Positions 1 through 8,889 of a stretch of DNA of 64,000 bases are shown here, one piece after another. This DNA is from an uncultured Candidatus Saccharibacteria bacterium. GTDB lineage: Bacteria > Patescibacteriota > Minisyncoccia > Phycocordibacterales > JAACPR01. The stretch lies in the NCBI GenBank assembly GCA_964630375.1, contig CAZVRT010000001.1, positions 135,379-199,378 of the forward strand. The letters run 5' to 3'. Position numbers and translations under genes: made by a program. Numbering within the stretch: position 1 is the first letter of the stretch; every line of letters begins with the position of its first letter. The notes under the pieces were generated by a model. It saw nothing but the letters and a program-made list of their open reading frames with translations. It did no database searches and had not been told where the DNA came from.

Positions 1-2
1 TG

Positions 3-143
3 GGAAATGAAGTTGAAGGAGTTTCGCCGGAAATTTTGGCGGCTTGCGATGTGGTTGCAGAAATTCCGATGCTCGGAGAAAAAGAATCTCTAAATGTTTC
101 AGTTTCGTTTGGAATTTTTATTTTTAGGATTTTGGAGATTTAA
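3..143 (+). CDS. C-terminal fragment (5' partial) of a SpoU/TrmH-family RNA 2'-O-methyltransferase
   Basis: Frame 3 reads ...GNEVEGVSPEILAACDVVAEIPMLGEKESLNVSVSFGIFIFRILEI* with stop at 141-143. It matches the SpoU C-terminal knot motif (GNEgxGxsxE ... IPMxGxxESLNVSVaxGI). Confidence 0.5.
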   Translation, partial: GNEVEGVSPEILAACDVVAEIPMLGEKESLNVSVSFGIFIFRILEI

Positions 144-147
144 TTTT

Positions 148-1068
148 TTAGTTAATTTTCTTCTGACATTTCGGGCAAAAATGCGAGCTTCTTCCGCCGA
201 CAACGATTCGGGAAATTTGTCCGTCGCAGGTTTTTCTTAAGCAATCTTTATTTTTTCGTTGATAAACTTGGTGTTGAAGTTGGAATTGTCCTTTTTCTCC
301 TGATGGAATTCGATAATCTTGCATTGAGTCGCCTTTAAAATCAATTCCTTTCTTTAGAACTTCTTTAACAGCTTTATATAAATTCTTTAGAGAAATTTTA
401 TCTATCTTGTGTACAGGGGTTTCCGGATGAATTTTTGACATCCAAAGAGATTCGTCAGAATAAATATTTCCGATTCCGGCAATTAATTCTTGATCAAGCA
501 AAACTTGTTTTATTTTTCCGTTTTTTCTTCGCATAATTCGAGCTTGAAAAATTTCGTAAGAAAAATCATCGGCGATAGGATTTGGTCCCAAAACTCTTAT
601 ATCCGGATATTCAAAAAGTTCACTAGTTTTTATCATTGTAATTTTTGCAAATTTTCGTGTATCTGAAAGAGCAACAAAATTTCCGTCGCTTAAAGAAATT
701 ACAAATCTAATGTGTCCATTCCACGGATCATCTCGCAAAGGTCCTGGTTCAGTTGCAAGCCATTCCTTTTTCTTTTTGTCGTATGCATATTTTCCATAAA
801 GAAGATGTCCTGTCATTTTCATGTGAACAAGAATCGTCCAATCTTTATTTGTGTGAATCAAAACATTTTTTCCAACTCTTCCTGTGTCGATAATTTTTGC
901 TCCGACAAGTTCTTTTTTAAATTTCTTGAAAAATACAGGATCTTTTATTTCCGGTTTTCCATATCTGTATGGGGAATCGTAGCCGCTCCAAATATCAACA
1001 ATCTTTTTTCCTACAATTAGCTTTTTAAGTTCAGTCGCGGTCGTGTGTACCTCAGGTAATTCTGGCAT
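148..1068 (-). CDS. mutM: Formamidopyrimidine-DNA glycosylase (Fpg/MutM)
   Basis: The N-terminus is MPELPEVHTTATEL, the canonical Fpg start with Pro2 and Glu3, and the C-terminus has a CPKC zinc finger. Start chosen at the internal ATG (rc of cat 1066-1068) giving MPELPEV. Confidence 0.85.
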   Translation of the reverse strand: MPELPEVHTTATELKKLIVGKKIVDIWSGYDSPYRYGKPEIKDPVFFKKFKKELVGAKIIDTGRVGKNVLIHTNKDWTILVHMKMTGHLLYGKYAYDKKKKEWLATEPGPLRDDPWNGHIRFVISLSDGNFVALSDTRKFAKITMIKTSELFEYPDIRVLGPNPIADDFSYEIFQARIMRRKNGKIKQVLLDQELIAGIGNIYSDESLWMSKIHPETPVHKIDKISLKNLYKAVKEVLKKGIDFKGDSMQDYRIPSGEKGQFQLQHQVYQRKNKDCLRKTCDGQISRIVVGGRSSHFCPKCQKKIN

Positions 1069-1107
1069 ATCTAAGAGTCTAAATTGTCGCTTCCTGAATG
1101 GCAAGGT

Positions 1108-2349
1108 ATGATATGTTCAATGAGTGGTTTTAAGAGCGTTTTTATTTTCATTTTGTTTTTCATAATAGCGGTTCCGTCTGTGGGATATTTGGTTGAAAAA
1201 GATATTTTTTCTATTGCGGGAATAAATCAAACTGCGAATATTGCTGATTCGGGTCCTGTGAATTTGGATGATTTGCAAAATCGATATGATCGTTTTTCTG
1301 ATGGAAGAAATCATGTGGCAAATAGAATCAAAGTTTTAATTGTTCCTGGTCACGACGATGTTCATCATGGAGCTGATTTTAATGATTTAAAAGAAGTTGA
1401 TTTGAATAGAGAGTTGGCGAAAAATCTTTATCAATATCTTTTGAAAGATAAAAACTTCAGAGTATTTTTAGCTGCTGATGAAAATGGTTTTAATGAAAAA
1501 ATTACCAGTTATCTTGAAGATGAAAAAAACGAAATTGAGAAATTTAAAAATTTCAAAAAACAAGTTACACAAGAGCTAATTGATTCTGGTGAAATTCAAA
1601 TTGAACAATATGTGGCACACAACTCTGCGCCTGAAGAAGTTGTGAATGTTTTGTATGGAATAAATCGGTATGCCAACGAAGAAGATTTCGATATTGTGAT
1701 TCATGTGCATTTCAATGATTATCCTAGAAAAAATAAAAAAGAAGCCGGCGAACATTCTGGAATATCAATTTATGTTCCTGCGTCGCAATTTTTAAATGGC
1801 TCTGCTAGCAAAGAGATGGCAGAAAGTATTTTTGAAAGATTAACAAAAGTTTTTTCTCCGTCGACGCATCCTGTTGAGCAGGCGGGCGTGATTCAAGATA
1901 GCGAACTGATTGCTGTGGGAGCTTTTAATTCTGTTGATTCGGTTGCACTTTTGATTGAATACGGATATGTGTATGAGCCACAGTTTGTTGATCCTGTTTT
2001 GCGTTCAGTTGCTTTGAAAGAGTTGGCATATCAAACATATTTTGGACTAAAGAATTTCTTTGATGGAGAATTTGAAACAGAAAAAGAAACTGCATTGTTC
2101 CCTTATTTTTGGTCGCGAGATTTTAATGGAAAAGAAAAAGATAATATCGATGTTTTCGCATTACAAATGTTTTTGAGATTGAATGAACTTTATCCTCCGG
2201 AAAATAATTTTAAAGATTGTCCGATAAATGGAAGTTTTGGTGAATGCACAATTCAAGCGGTGAAATCTCTTCAGGAAAAATATGGATTAGAGCCAACAGG
2301 AAAAGTTGATTTTAAAGTCAGAGGTTTATTGCACGATTTGATTCAATAG
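1108..2349 (+). CDS. N-acetylmuramoyl-L-alanine amidase (Amidase_3-like) with C-terminal peptidoglycan-binding domain
   Basis: N-terminal TM or signal segment. VLIVPGHDDVHHGADFNDLKEVDL and IHVHFND resemble Amidase_3 zinc and catalytic motifs. The C-terminus ...LQMFLRLNELY...TIQAVKSLQEKYGLEPTGKVD resembles a PG_binding_1 repeat. Confidence 0.6.
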   Translation: MICSMSGFKSVFIFILFFIIAVPSVGYLVEKDIFSIAGINQTANIADSGPVNLDDLQNRYDRFSDGRNHVANRIKVLIVPGHDDVHHGADFNDLKEVDLNRELAKNLYQYLLKDKNFRVFLAADENGFNEKITSYLEDEKNEIEKFKNFKKQVTQELIDSGEIQIEQYVAHNSAPEEVVNVLYGINRYANEEDFDIVIHVHFNDYPRKNKKEAGEHSGISIYVPASQFLNGSASKEMAESIFERLTKVFSPSTHPVEQAGVIQDSELIAVGAFNSVDSVALLIEYGYVYEPQFVDPVLRSVALKELAYQTYFGLKNFFDGEFETEKETALFPYFWSRDFNGKEKDNIDVFALQMFLRLNELYPPENNFKDCPINGSFGECTIQAVKSLQEKYGLEPTGKVDFKVRGLLHDLIQ

Positions 2350-2353
2350 CAAC

Positions 2354-3616
2354 TTAGGGTTTTATTTTAGAAAACTCTTCGCGAACAACTTCTGCATCAG
2401 ACCAAGGTTCTTTTGTTCCGTTTGGACCCATGATGTATGGATCAGTTCCTTTTCCTGTAACTAGCACAACTGCGTTTGATTTTTGATTTGCGATTTCAAT
2501 TGCACGTCGAATTGCCAATCTTCTGTCCATAATTATTTCAGGGTCTTTGTCTAAAATTGCTTCTTTCATTTCATTTACAATTTTTCTTGGATCTTCATCG
2601 TATGGATCTTCATTGGTTAGAATTATATCGTCACAAAATTTTTCTGCGATTTCTGCCATCGCTGGTCTTTTCCAAGTGTCTCGTCCTCCTCCTGTGTTAC
2701 CGAGAACACAAACTTTATTTTTATTTGGAAATGCAGAATAAAGTGCAATTAAAGAATCTGGCGTGTGTGCGTAGTCGACATAAACTTCAAAAGTTTCTGA
2801 AGAAATAATTTTTTGAGCGCGACCTGGAACAACTTCAACATTTTCAATCCCTTCTTTTATTATTTTTTCGTCGATGCCAATTGATTCTGCAAAATTTATT
2901 GCTGCTAAAATATTACTTGCATTAAATTCGCCAATAAGTTTTGAGTAGATTGTACTTGCTTTCAATCGCAATTCGATTCCTTTATCTAGTTTGATTGGTC
3001 GATAAGTTTCTAGTGAGTATGAAATATTTTTGTTTGCTTCTGTTTGTTTAACAAAATCTTCAGAAGCCGGATCTTCTGCATTAATGATTAGCATTGAATG
3101 TGGATTTTTTGAAAGTGATTCTGCAAGAGAAATTTTTGCTTCTTTATATTTTTCAAATGAACCGTGTGATTCAATGTGTTCAGGTTGAAGATTTGTAAAA
3201 ATAAAAGCGTCTAATTCGATGAATTTATGTCGAAATTGTTTTGCTCCTTCTGAAGTTAATTCAAGGACAACCCAATCGCATTTTTCTTTTAATGCATCTT
3301 TAAGAAATTTTTGCATAAAACCGCGACCAGGCATCGACATTTTGTATAGATTTCTTTTTTCTTTTTCGCCGATAACAAAATGAATTCCGTTTGCCAAAGC
3401 GACTTTATAACCAGCAGCTCGTAAAACACTCGCAACTAATTCGGTTGTTGTGGTTTTTCCTTTTGTTCCTGTGATGCCGACAATTTTTAATTTTTTAGAA
3501 GGGAAGCCGTAATAAACTGCAGAAAGAAAGGCTAAAGAATAGTGATAAAAAGGTTGTATAAATTTAAATACTTTTTTTGGAATTATTTTTTTAATTGTTT
3601 TCAGAATTTTTTCCAT
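2354..3616 (-). CDS. murE: Mur ligase family protein, MurE-like (UDP-MurNAc-L-Ala-D-Glu:diamino acid ligase)
   Basis: GITGTKGKTTT P-loop, VDYAHTPDSL (MurE DYAHTPDAL signature), VVPGRAQ and a C-terminal Mur ligase domain. The N-terminal domain is short. Confidence 0.7.
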   Translation of the reverse strand: MEKILKTIKKIIPKKVFKFIQPFYHYSLAFLSAVYYGFPSKKLKIVGITGTKGKTTTTELVASVLRAAGYKVALANGIHFVIGEKEKRNLYKMSMPGRGFMQKFLKDALKEKCDWVVLELTSEGAKQFRHKFIELDAFIFTNLQPEHIESHGSFEKYKEAKISLAESLSKNPHSMLIINAEDPASEDFVKQTEANKNISYSLETYRPIKLDKGIELRLKASTIYSKLIGEFNASNILAAINFAESIGIDEKIIKEGIENVEVVPGRAQKIISSETFEVYVDYAHTPDSLIALYSAFPNKNKVCVLGNTGGGRDTWKRPAMAEIAEKFCDDIILTNEDPYDEDPRKIVNEMKEAILDKDPEIIMDRRLAIRRAIEIANQKSNAVVLVTGKGTDPYIMGPNGTKEPWSDAEVVREEFSKIKP

Positions 3617-3622
3617 AAATTT

Positions 3623-4183
3623 TTAAGAAAGATTTTTTAGTGCTTGTTTTACAATTTCTTCGGTTGATAGGGAGTTGTCGAGTTTTTGTACGGCGGCGCG
3701 GGCGTCGTTTAAGCTGTAACCAAGAGAGGTTAGTGCCTCGATAGCGTCGCTGGCGCCACTTTGCGTTCCGTCACCGCCGCCCGCGCCTTCCACTTTATCT
3801 TTCAATCCCACTAAAATTTTCTCGGCACTCTTTTTACCAATTCCTGATATTTTTGCCAAATGATCAGCGTTGCCACTTCTTATCCCTTCAAGAATTGTTG
3901 AGACTGGAGCCGTGTTTAAAATCCCCAAAGCAGACTTTGGTCCGATTCCAGAAATTGTTAACAAAAGCTCAAAGAAATCCAGTTCGCTTTTATCCAAAAA
4001 ACCATATAAATCTGAAGCTGTTTCTCTGATTGCGTGGTGTGTATAAAGAGAGACATTTTGCCCAGTTCTTATATTTAAAAGGCTAGAATTAGCGATTCTT
4101 ACCAAATACCCGACTCCTCCGACAAGCAAAATAGCTTCACCGTCTCCAATTTCATCAATCTCACCAATCAATTTTCTAATCAT
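3623..4183 (-). CDS. ruvA: Holliday junction DNA helicase RuvA
   Basis: MIRKLIGEI...LYGF...ELFELLLTISGIGPKSALGIL...KISGIGKKSAEKI gives the OB fold, two HhH motifs and domain III. Start taken at the internal ATG (rc of cat 4181-4183) rather than the upstream ORF extension. Confidence 0.85.
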   Translation of the reverse strand: MIRKLIGEIDEIGDGEAILLVGGVGYLVRIANSSLLNIRTGQNVSLYTHHAIRETASDLYGFLDKSELDFFELLLTISGIGPKSALGILNTAPVSTILEGIRSGNADHLAKISGIGKKSAEKILVGLKDKVEGAGGGDGTQSGASDAIEALTSLGYSLNDARAAVQKLDNSLSTEEIVKQALKNLS

Positions 4184-4249
4184 AAAATAATCATAACCGA
4201 TATTAAGACATCTTGCATTTTTGATTTCTTCTGATAAAGTGTTCTCGTT

Positions 4250-4519
4250 ATGCCTATAACTAAAGGAGCAAAAAAAGCAGTTCGATCTTCTGACAAGAAG
4301 CGAGTTTACAACCTTCGACGAAAGCGAAAGGTTACTTCTGCTGTGAAAGAAGTTAAAAAACTTGTTACAGCTGGAGACGCAAAAGCTGCACAAGAAAAGC
4401 TAAGCGCAGCCTACAAAGCATTGGATAAAGCTGCAAAAATGGGAACTATCAAAAAAGGTAATGCTTCTCGACAAAAATCTCGATTATCAGCCTCTATCAA
4501 AAAAGCTCAAAACAAATAA
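4250..4519 (+). CDS. rpsT: 30S ribosomal protein S20
   Basis: MPITKGAKKAVRSSDKKRVYNLRRKRKV... is a basic, helical bS20-like sequence of 89 aa. Confidence 0.85.
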   Translation: MPITKGAKKAVRSSDKKRVYNLRRKRKVTSAVKEVKKLVTAGDAKAAQEKLSAAYKALDKAAKMGTIKKGNASRQKSRLSASIKKAQNK

Positions 4520-4537
4520 AACAAATAAAACAAAAAA

Positions 4538-4560
4538 CCGGCTCCCAGCCGGTTTTTTGT
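4538..4560 (+). terminator. Rho-independent terminator after rpsT
   Basis: ccggctcccagccgg hairpin followed by a tttttt run. Confidence 0.7.
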
Positions 4561-4571
4561 TTGTTTAAATG

Positions 4572-4643
4572 TGCTCCTGCCAGGAATCGAACCTGGAGCT
4601 AGAGTTCCGCAAACTCTCATTTTATCCATTAAACTACAGGAGC
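4572..4643 (-). tRNA. tRNA-Arg (anticodon GCG)
   Basis: Reverse complement GCTCCTGTAGTTTAATGGATAAAATGAGAGTTTGCGGAACTCTAGCTCCAGGTTCGATTCCTGGCAGGAGCA folds as a cloverleaf. Perfect 5-bp anticodon stem AGAGT/ACTCT with loop TTGCGGA (U33, G37). CCA is not encoded. Confidence 0.7.
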
Positions 4644-4727
4644 ATGTGTCTGCCAGCAAGAATTTTGACAGACAACAAAAACATAATACTTTTTTGATAT
4701 TTTTAAGCAAGCCGACCCTAATTTGCC

Positions 4728-5198
4728 TTAAAAACCAAGTCTTTCCATGATTTTTTGAGAAAGTGGCTCGTCCATTTCTTCTTCGTGAAGATAATCCAAA
4801 AGATAATTTCTGATTTCATCTGGATCAGTTTTCATGCTGTCGTAAGGGATCACGATAAATGGCATTAAGAATTTTTGAGATCGCAAAATAATTCGGTCGT
4901 TGATTTCTTCATCAATTACCCAAAAAGATTCTAGAGTTGAGTAGGGAATTATAATTTGTCCGATTTGAATTCCTTTTCTTGTGATTCGGTATGTAAGAAT
5001 TTTAGGTTCTTCGTTTGCTTGAATAAAAGCAGTCATCGCGGCTAGCAAAATGAAAACTCCAAAAAAGAAATTTCCGAAATAAATTGCAAGAACAGCACCA
5101 GCTACTGCAATAGTCCCAACAATCCAAAACCAATCAGGAGTTTTTTCTCTGTGATGATGGTGTTCTAGAGATTTCCATTCAATAACTTTTGAGGCCAT
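4728..5198 (-). CDS. Hypothetical membrane protein
   Basis: 156-aa ORF with His-rich N-terminus and two predicted TM helices. Native-looking codon usage. Confidence 0.45.
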   Translation of the reverse strand: MASKVIEWKSLEHHHHREKTPDWFWIVGTIAVAGAVLAIYFGNFFFGVFILLAAMTAFIQANEEPKILTYRITRKGIQIGQIIIPYSTLESFWVIDEEINDRIILRSQKFLMPFIVIPYDSMKTDPDEIRNYLLDYLHEEEMDEPLSQKIMERLGF

Positions 5199-5215
5199 GT
5201 AATTATTATCTAAAA

Positions 5216-6247
5216 TTAATTAACATTAGTCCACTCACTTTTTTCTTTATTTTTGCTTAAAAATATTTTTCTAAAAATTTGGCTGCCGACAATTCCAATC
5301 ACTAAAGCAATTCCGTAAAATGCGATGAGTTGTGAAAATGAAAACGGAACATTTTTTGCAAAACCTAAAAAGAATACTGTGTACCAAGATACGAAAGATA
5401 TTGCACCAGACGCAAAAGCAATATGACTCAGGTTGATTGTTCTCTTCACATCAACACCGCTAGTTTTCCAAGAAATGCTTAGAAGTTTTGGAGTTATAAA
5501 AAGATTCAACAAAAATCCGTTCAAGATGATTATTCCTATGATAATTATTTTTGTTAAAAATTTAGCGCTGGCTAAAAGAGTTGCCGCTTGCGGAATAAAT
5601 AATCCGATGCCTGAAATAATTACAAGCAGAAGTCCGAACCAAACTATTTGAGACATAAGCTTTAGAACATCGCTTTCTTCTTTTGTAATTTTGAAATCTT
5701 TTAAGAATCTCAAAAACAAAACATCGCTGATTGTTGCACCACCAACTCCAAGAGCAAATCCAAGCAAATGCAGAAGTGTTATATATGATTGATTTTCCGC
5801 CAGTATCGGAGCAAAAGAAAATCCTGAAATTGAAACTCCAATCATTGAGAAAATGAAAATCAAAGTTGAAATTCCTGCGGACATTAGACACCAAGAACAC
5901 CAAATTCTAATTACGAACGCTTGAATAAAAGTCAGATATATTGAAAACAAAAATGCGGCGATAGAAATTGTGGTGATTGAGAAAATAAATAATTCAGTGC
6001 CGATTGCAGGGAAGAGAATTAAACTTAAATAACTCAATGTGATAATTCCATAATAAATAGCACCGTAAATTTCCAAACCGATTCCCAAAAAACTAGAATA
6101 GTCGCTGGTAATAACACTGTCGCAGTCTGCATTAAAAGGACACACAAGAGGTTTTTTCTTGTGCTTCTTTTTATAAATTCTGATTGTGATAATAAAACCA
6201 ATTAAAGCTGCGAGCGTGATTAGTGAATAAATGATTAACATAATCAA
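5216..6247 (-). CDS. Vitamin K epoxide reductase (VKOR) family membrane protein with extra C-terminal TM domain
   Basis: CPFNADCDS loop and CSWC (CxxC) in a TM helix near the N-terminus, as in VKOR. Poly-topic membrane protein of 343 aa. Confidence 0.5.
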   Translation of the reverse strand: MIMLIIYSLITLAALIGFIITIRIYKKKHKKKPLVCPFNADCDSVITSDYSSFLGIGLEIYGAIYYGIITLSYLSLILFPAIGTELFIFSITTISIAAFLFSIYLTFIQAFVIRIWCSWCLMSAGISTLIFIFSMIGVSISGFSFAPILAENQSYITLLHLLGFALGVGGATISDVLFLRFLKDFKITKEESDVLKLMSQIVWFGLLLVIISGIGLFIPQAATLLASAKFLTKIIIIGIIILNGFLLNLFITPKLLSISWKTSGVDVKRTINLSHIAFASGAISFVSWYTVFFLGFAKNVPFSFSQLIAFYGIALVIGIVGSQIFRKIFLSKNKEKSEWTNVN

Positions 6248-6271
6248 TATTGTATATTAGAATTTGACCCT

Positions 6272-7204
6272 ATGGAAATTTCAGTTTTGTATATGTTGTT
6301 TGGAATCGTGTTCATTTTGTATCTAATGTGCGATTTGTTTATTTTTAATCGCAAAGCACACGAGCCGACTTTTAAATCTATTTTGACGCAAACATTTATT
6401 GCGATTGGTTTAGCATTGGTTTTTTCTGTGACACTTTGGTTTTTTGGTTTTAACACCGAAGCGGTTTCGTTTACGACTGTGTACATAACTGAAAAAATGC
6501 TCTCGTTGGATAACTTGTTTGTGATGTTGGTGATTTTTCAATTTTTTGCAGTTGAGAAAAAATATCAACACCGAGTTTTGTTTTTCGGAATTTTGGGAGC
6601 GATTGTTTTTAGACTGGTATTTATTTTAGCTGGTTCAGCTTTAGTGAGTTCGTTGCATTGGATAATGTATTTGTTTGCAATCATTCTGATTATTACCGGC
6701 GTAAAAGTTTTGAAAGGAGGAAAAGAAGATCATCATGAAAAATTGAAGCACAATAAATTGAATCGGTTTTTGCATAAATACATTCCGTACACGACAGCAG
6801 ATCACAACGGAAAATTTCTTCTGAAGGTTAATGGAAAAAAAGTTTTGACAACTTTGGCTTTTGCGCTGATTTTGATCGAGGCGAGTGATATTGTTTTTGC
6901 TTTAGATTCAATTCCGGCTGCTTTTTCAATCACACAAGATCCGGCAATTATTTTTACTGCTAATATTGCCGCAATTCTCGGATTGCGTTCTTTATTCTTC
7001 TTGGTTGAATGGCTTTTGGAAAGATTGAAATATTTGAGTTATGGTTTGGGTGCGGTTTTGATTTTTATTGGAGGTAAATTTATTTTTGCGCCTTGGTTTC
7101 ATTTAAGCCCGACTGTGTCTCTTGTGATTATTTTGTTGATTTTAGGTGTTGTGACAGTGCTTTCTTTGTGTAAGAATCGCCTTTGCAAAATAGCGCCGAA
7201 TTAG
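6272..7204 (+). CDS. TerC family integral membrane protein
   Basis: EKMLSLDNLFV and EASDIVFALDSIPA motifs (TerC ExSLSxDN / DxxFAxDS) with multiple TM helices. Confidence 0.7.
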   Translation: MEISVLYMLFGIVFILYLMCDLFIFNRKAHEPTFKSILTQTFIAIGLALVFSVTLWFFGFNTEAVSFTTVYITEKMLSLDNLFVMLVIFQFFAVEKKYQHRVLFFGILGAIVFRLVFILAGSALVSSLHWIMYLFAIILIITGVKVLKGGKEDHHEKLKHNKLNRFLHKYIPYTTADHNGKFLLKVNGKKVLTTLAFALILIEASDIVFALDSIPAAFSITQDPAIIFTANIAAILGLRSLFFLVEWLLERLKYLSYGLGAVLIFIGGKFIFAPWFHLSPTVSLVIILLILGVVTVLSLCKNRLCKIAPN

Positions 7205-7283
7205 GTAGTATTACCGACACAGGTTTTTTGTTGCCTGAAATAAAGCCGAAGATAAAGATGAAACAAAAAATAAATTAAATATG

Positions 7284-7372
7284 GAGGGGTGGCAGAGTGG
7301 TTGATTGCACCAGTCTTGAAAACTGGAGTCTTCGAAAGGGGACCGGGAGTTCGAATCTCCCCCCCTCCGCCA
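7284..7372 (+). tRNA. tRNA-Ser (anticodon TGA), CCA encoded
   Basis: GGAGGGG acceptor stem, anticodon stem CCAGT/ACTGG with loop CTTGAAA, long variable arm, T-arm GGGAGTTCGAATCTCCC. Ends CCCCTCC-G-CCA. Confidence 0.85.
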
Positions 7373-7401
7373 AAATTTGGAATTAAAATTCCGCTATAAA
7401 C

Positions 7402-7914
7402 ATGGTCTACACTTCCAACACAAACATAAGTTTAATAGGAATGTCAGGGTGTGGAAAATCATACATAGGTAAGAAGTTGGCAGAAAAACTTGGCTATAAA
7501 CTTGTCGAGCTAGATTCTATGTTAGAAAAAGAGTACAGTCTTCCTCTTCAGAAGATATTAGAGAACTTGGGTGAAAAATATTTTCTGGAGAAGCAAGCGG
7601 AAGATGTGATTGTAAGTACACAGAATCAAAATAACCTCGTGGTTTCTCCTGGTGGATCGATTATCTATACAGTTAACGCTATGGAGCATTTGAAAAAAGT
7701 TTCGACGATAATTTATTTGAAGGCACCTCTTGAGGTTATAAGGTCTAGAATTCAGGAAAGTGATCGCGGTATCGTTGGATTGAAAAATAAAACACTAGAA
7801 GAATTATACAAAGAAAGAACTTTGCTTTATGAGAAATATGCTTCAATTACTATTGATGCAAATCAAGAAGCAGAAAAAGTTGTAAGTGATATAATGACCT
7901 ACATATCTAATTAA
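7402..7914 (+). CDS. P-loop kinase, shikimate-kinase-like fold
   Basis: LIGMSGCGKSYIGKKLAEKLGYKLVELD Walker A followed by LD...SPGGSI...IYL pattern typical of the shikimate kinase family. Codon usage is slightly GC-richer than neighbouring core genes. Confidence 0.5.
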   Translation: MVYTSNTNISLIGMSGCGKSYIGKKLAEKLGYKLVELDSMLEKEYSLPLQKILENLGEKYFLEKQAEDVIVSTQNQNNLVVSPGGSIIYTVNAMEHLKKVSTIIYLKAPLEVIRSRIQESDRGIVGLKNKTLEELYKERTLLYEKYASITIDANQEAEKVVSDIMTYISN

Positions 7915-7975
7915 ATCTATTGAAAGTTTACTAAATTAGCTTTCAACAGAACTGGAAATATGGAAAATATATCTA

Positions 7976-8350
7976 GTGGGACAACCAAACCGATACGACA
8001 ATGATTGGAAAGAGGTATTTAAAAAGTTACCTTATTTTGAATATTATGATTGGGAGTTTGATTCAGACCAGACTTCTCCGGATACATATTTTCCCGATGA
8101 TTTAAAAGGTATTTATTCTGCAGATATTCTGGTTGCAAATCCGGGGATTGCGCCTTCTGAGGCTACGTGGATTGAAATAGGTATTTTTTACGCAAAGAAT
8201 ATTAAAAATCCGGGCGAACAATGTAATAATCTTATTATAATTTGGAAGGATGATCGTAATCCAAAATGGTCAATAGAATTTGTTAAGAAAGCTGGGATCG
8301 TTGTTTCTACTTTTGAAGAAGCGATTGAAGAATTGAAAAAACTTAAGTAG
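7976..8350 (+). CDS. Hypothetical protein; possible N-terminally truncated nucleoside 2-deoxyribosyltransferase/Rcl-like fragment
   Basis: GTG-initiated ORF. ANPGIAPSEATWIEIGIFYAKNIKNPG resembles the DxGTxFEIGYAxALGKP motif of the deoxyribosyltransferase fold, but the N-terminal KIYLAGP strand is absent. An upstream ATG (7960) is out of frame. Confidence 0.3.
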   Translation: MGQPNRYDNDWKEVFKKLPYFEYYDWEFDSDQTSPDTYFPDDLKGIYSADILVANPGIAPSEATWIEIGIFYAKNIKNPGEQCNNLIIIWKDDRNPKWSIEFVKKAGIVVSTFEEAIEELKKLK

Positions 8351-8409
8351 TTGTGATTCTAATACTCGGCTGTATTTTCAGAAATCCTTATATAAGTTAA
8401 AATAATTTC

Positions 8410-8811
8410 ATGAAAATCTTAAACAACATCCTAAAAGCCTTAACAACTTTATTACTAATTTCTCCAATAATGGGAGTTCTGCAAATTTTTCCTGAGCCGA
8501 CTGCAGATATGTACAATACACCGGAGGCATATTCTTTCGTTAAAATTTTGATGGATAGTCAATATATAACTGTTATGCAAGCAGTTGTGTTTCTAATTGC
8601 AATTTTTTGCTTGTGGACAAAAAGAGTTCCGCTTGCGTCGATTTTGCTTTTGCCGATTACACTAAACATTGTTGGCTTCCACGCTTTTCTTGACGGAGGA
8701 CTTTTCACCGCAGGTGCACTGATGGGAAATATTTTGCTTGCTCTAAACATTTATTTCTTGTGGCAAAGCCGAGCTCAACTGAAGTTTTTGTTGAAGAAAA
8801 CTAGCTTCTAG
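8410..8811 (+). CDS. Small integral membrane protein (DoxX-like?)
   Basis: 133-aa ORF with about four TM helices. Confidence 0.4.
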   Translation: MKILNNILKALTTLLLISPIMGVLQIFPEPTADMYNTPEAYSFVKILMDSQYITVMQAVVFLIAIFCLWTKRVPLASILLLPITLNIVGFHAFLDGGLFTAGALMGNILLALNIYFLWQSRAQLKFLLKKTSF

Positions 8812-8889
8812 TGGGTGCTCATTGCTTTCTTTTGGAATTTTGATTATATGGTGTTGAACTAAAGTTCTAAACACAAACACATATAATCG

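Noticed and set aside
712-1020. Numerous short antisense or nested ORFs listed inside long genes (for example 712-1020, 2547-2808, 19277-19507, 41015-42252, 43049-43402, 44616-45768, 56312-58191).
   Set aside because: Each lies wholly within a well-supported CDS on the opposite strand or in another frame. They have low-complexity, Cys/Phe/Leu-rich translations typical of AT-rich antisense frames.
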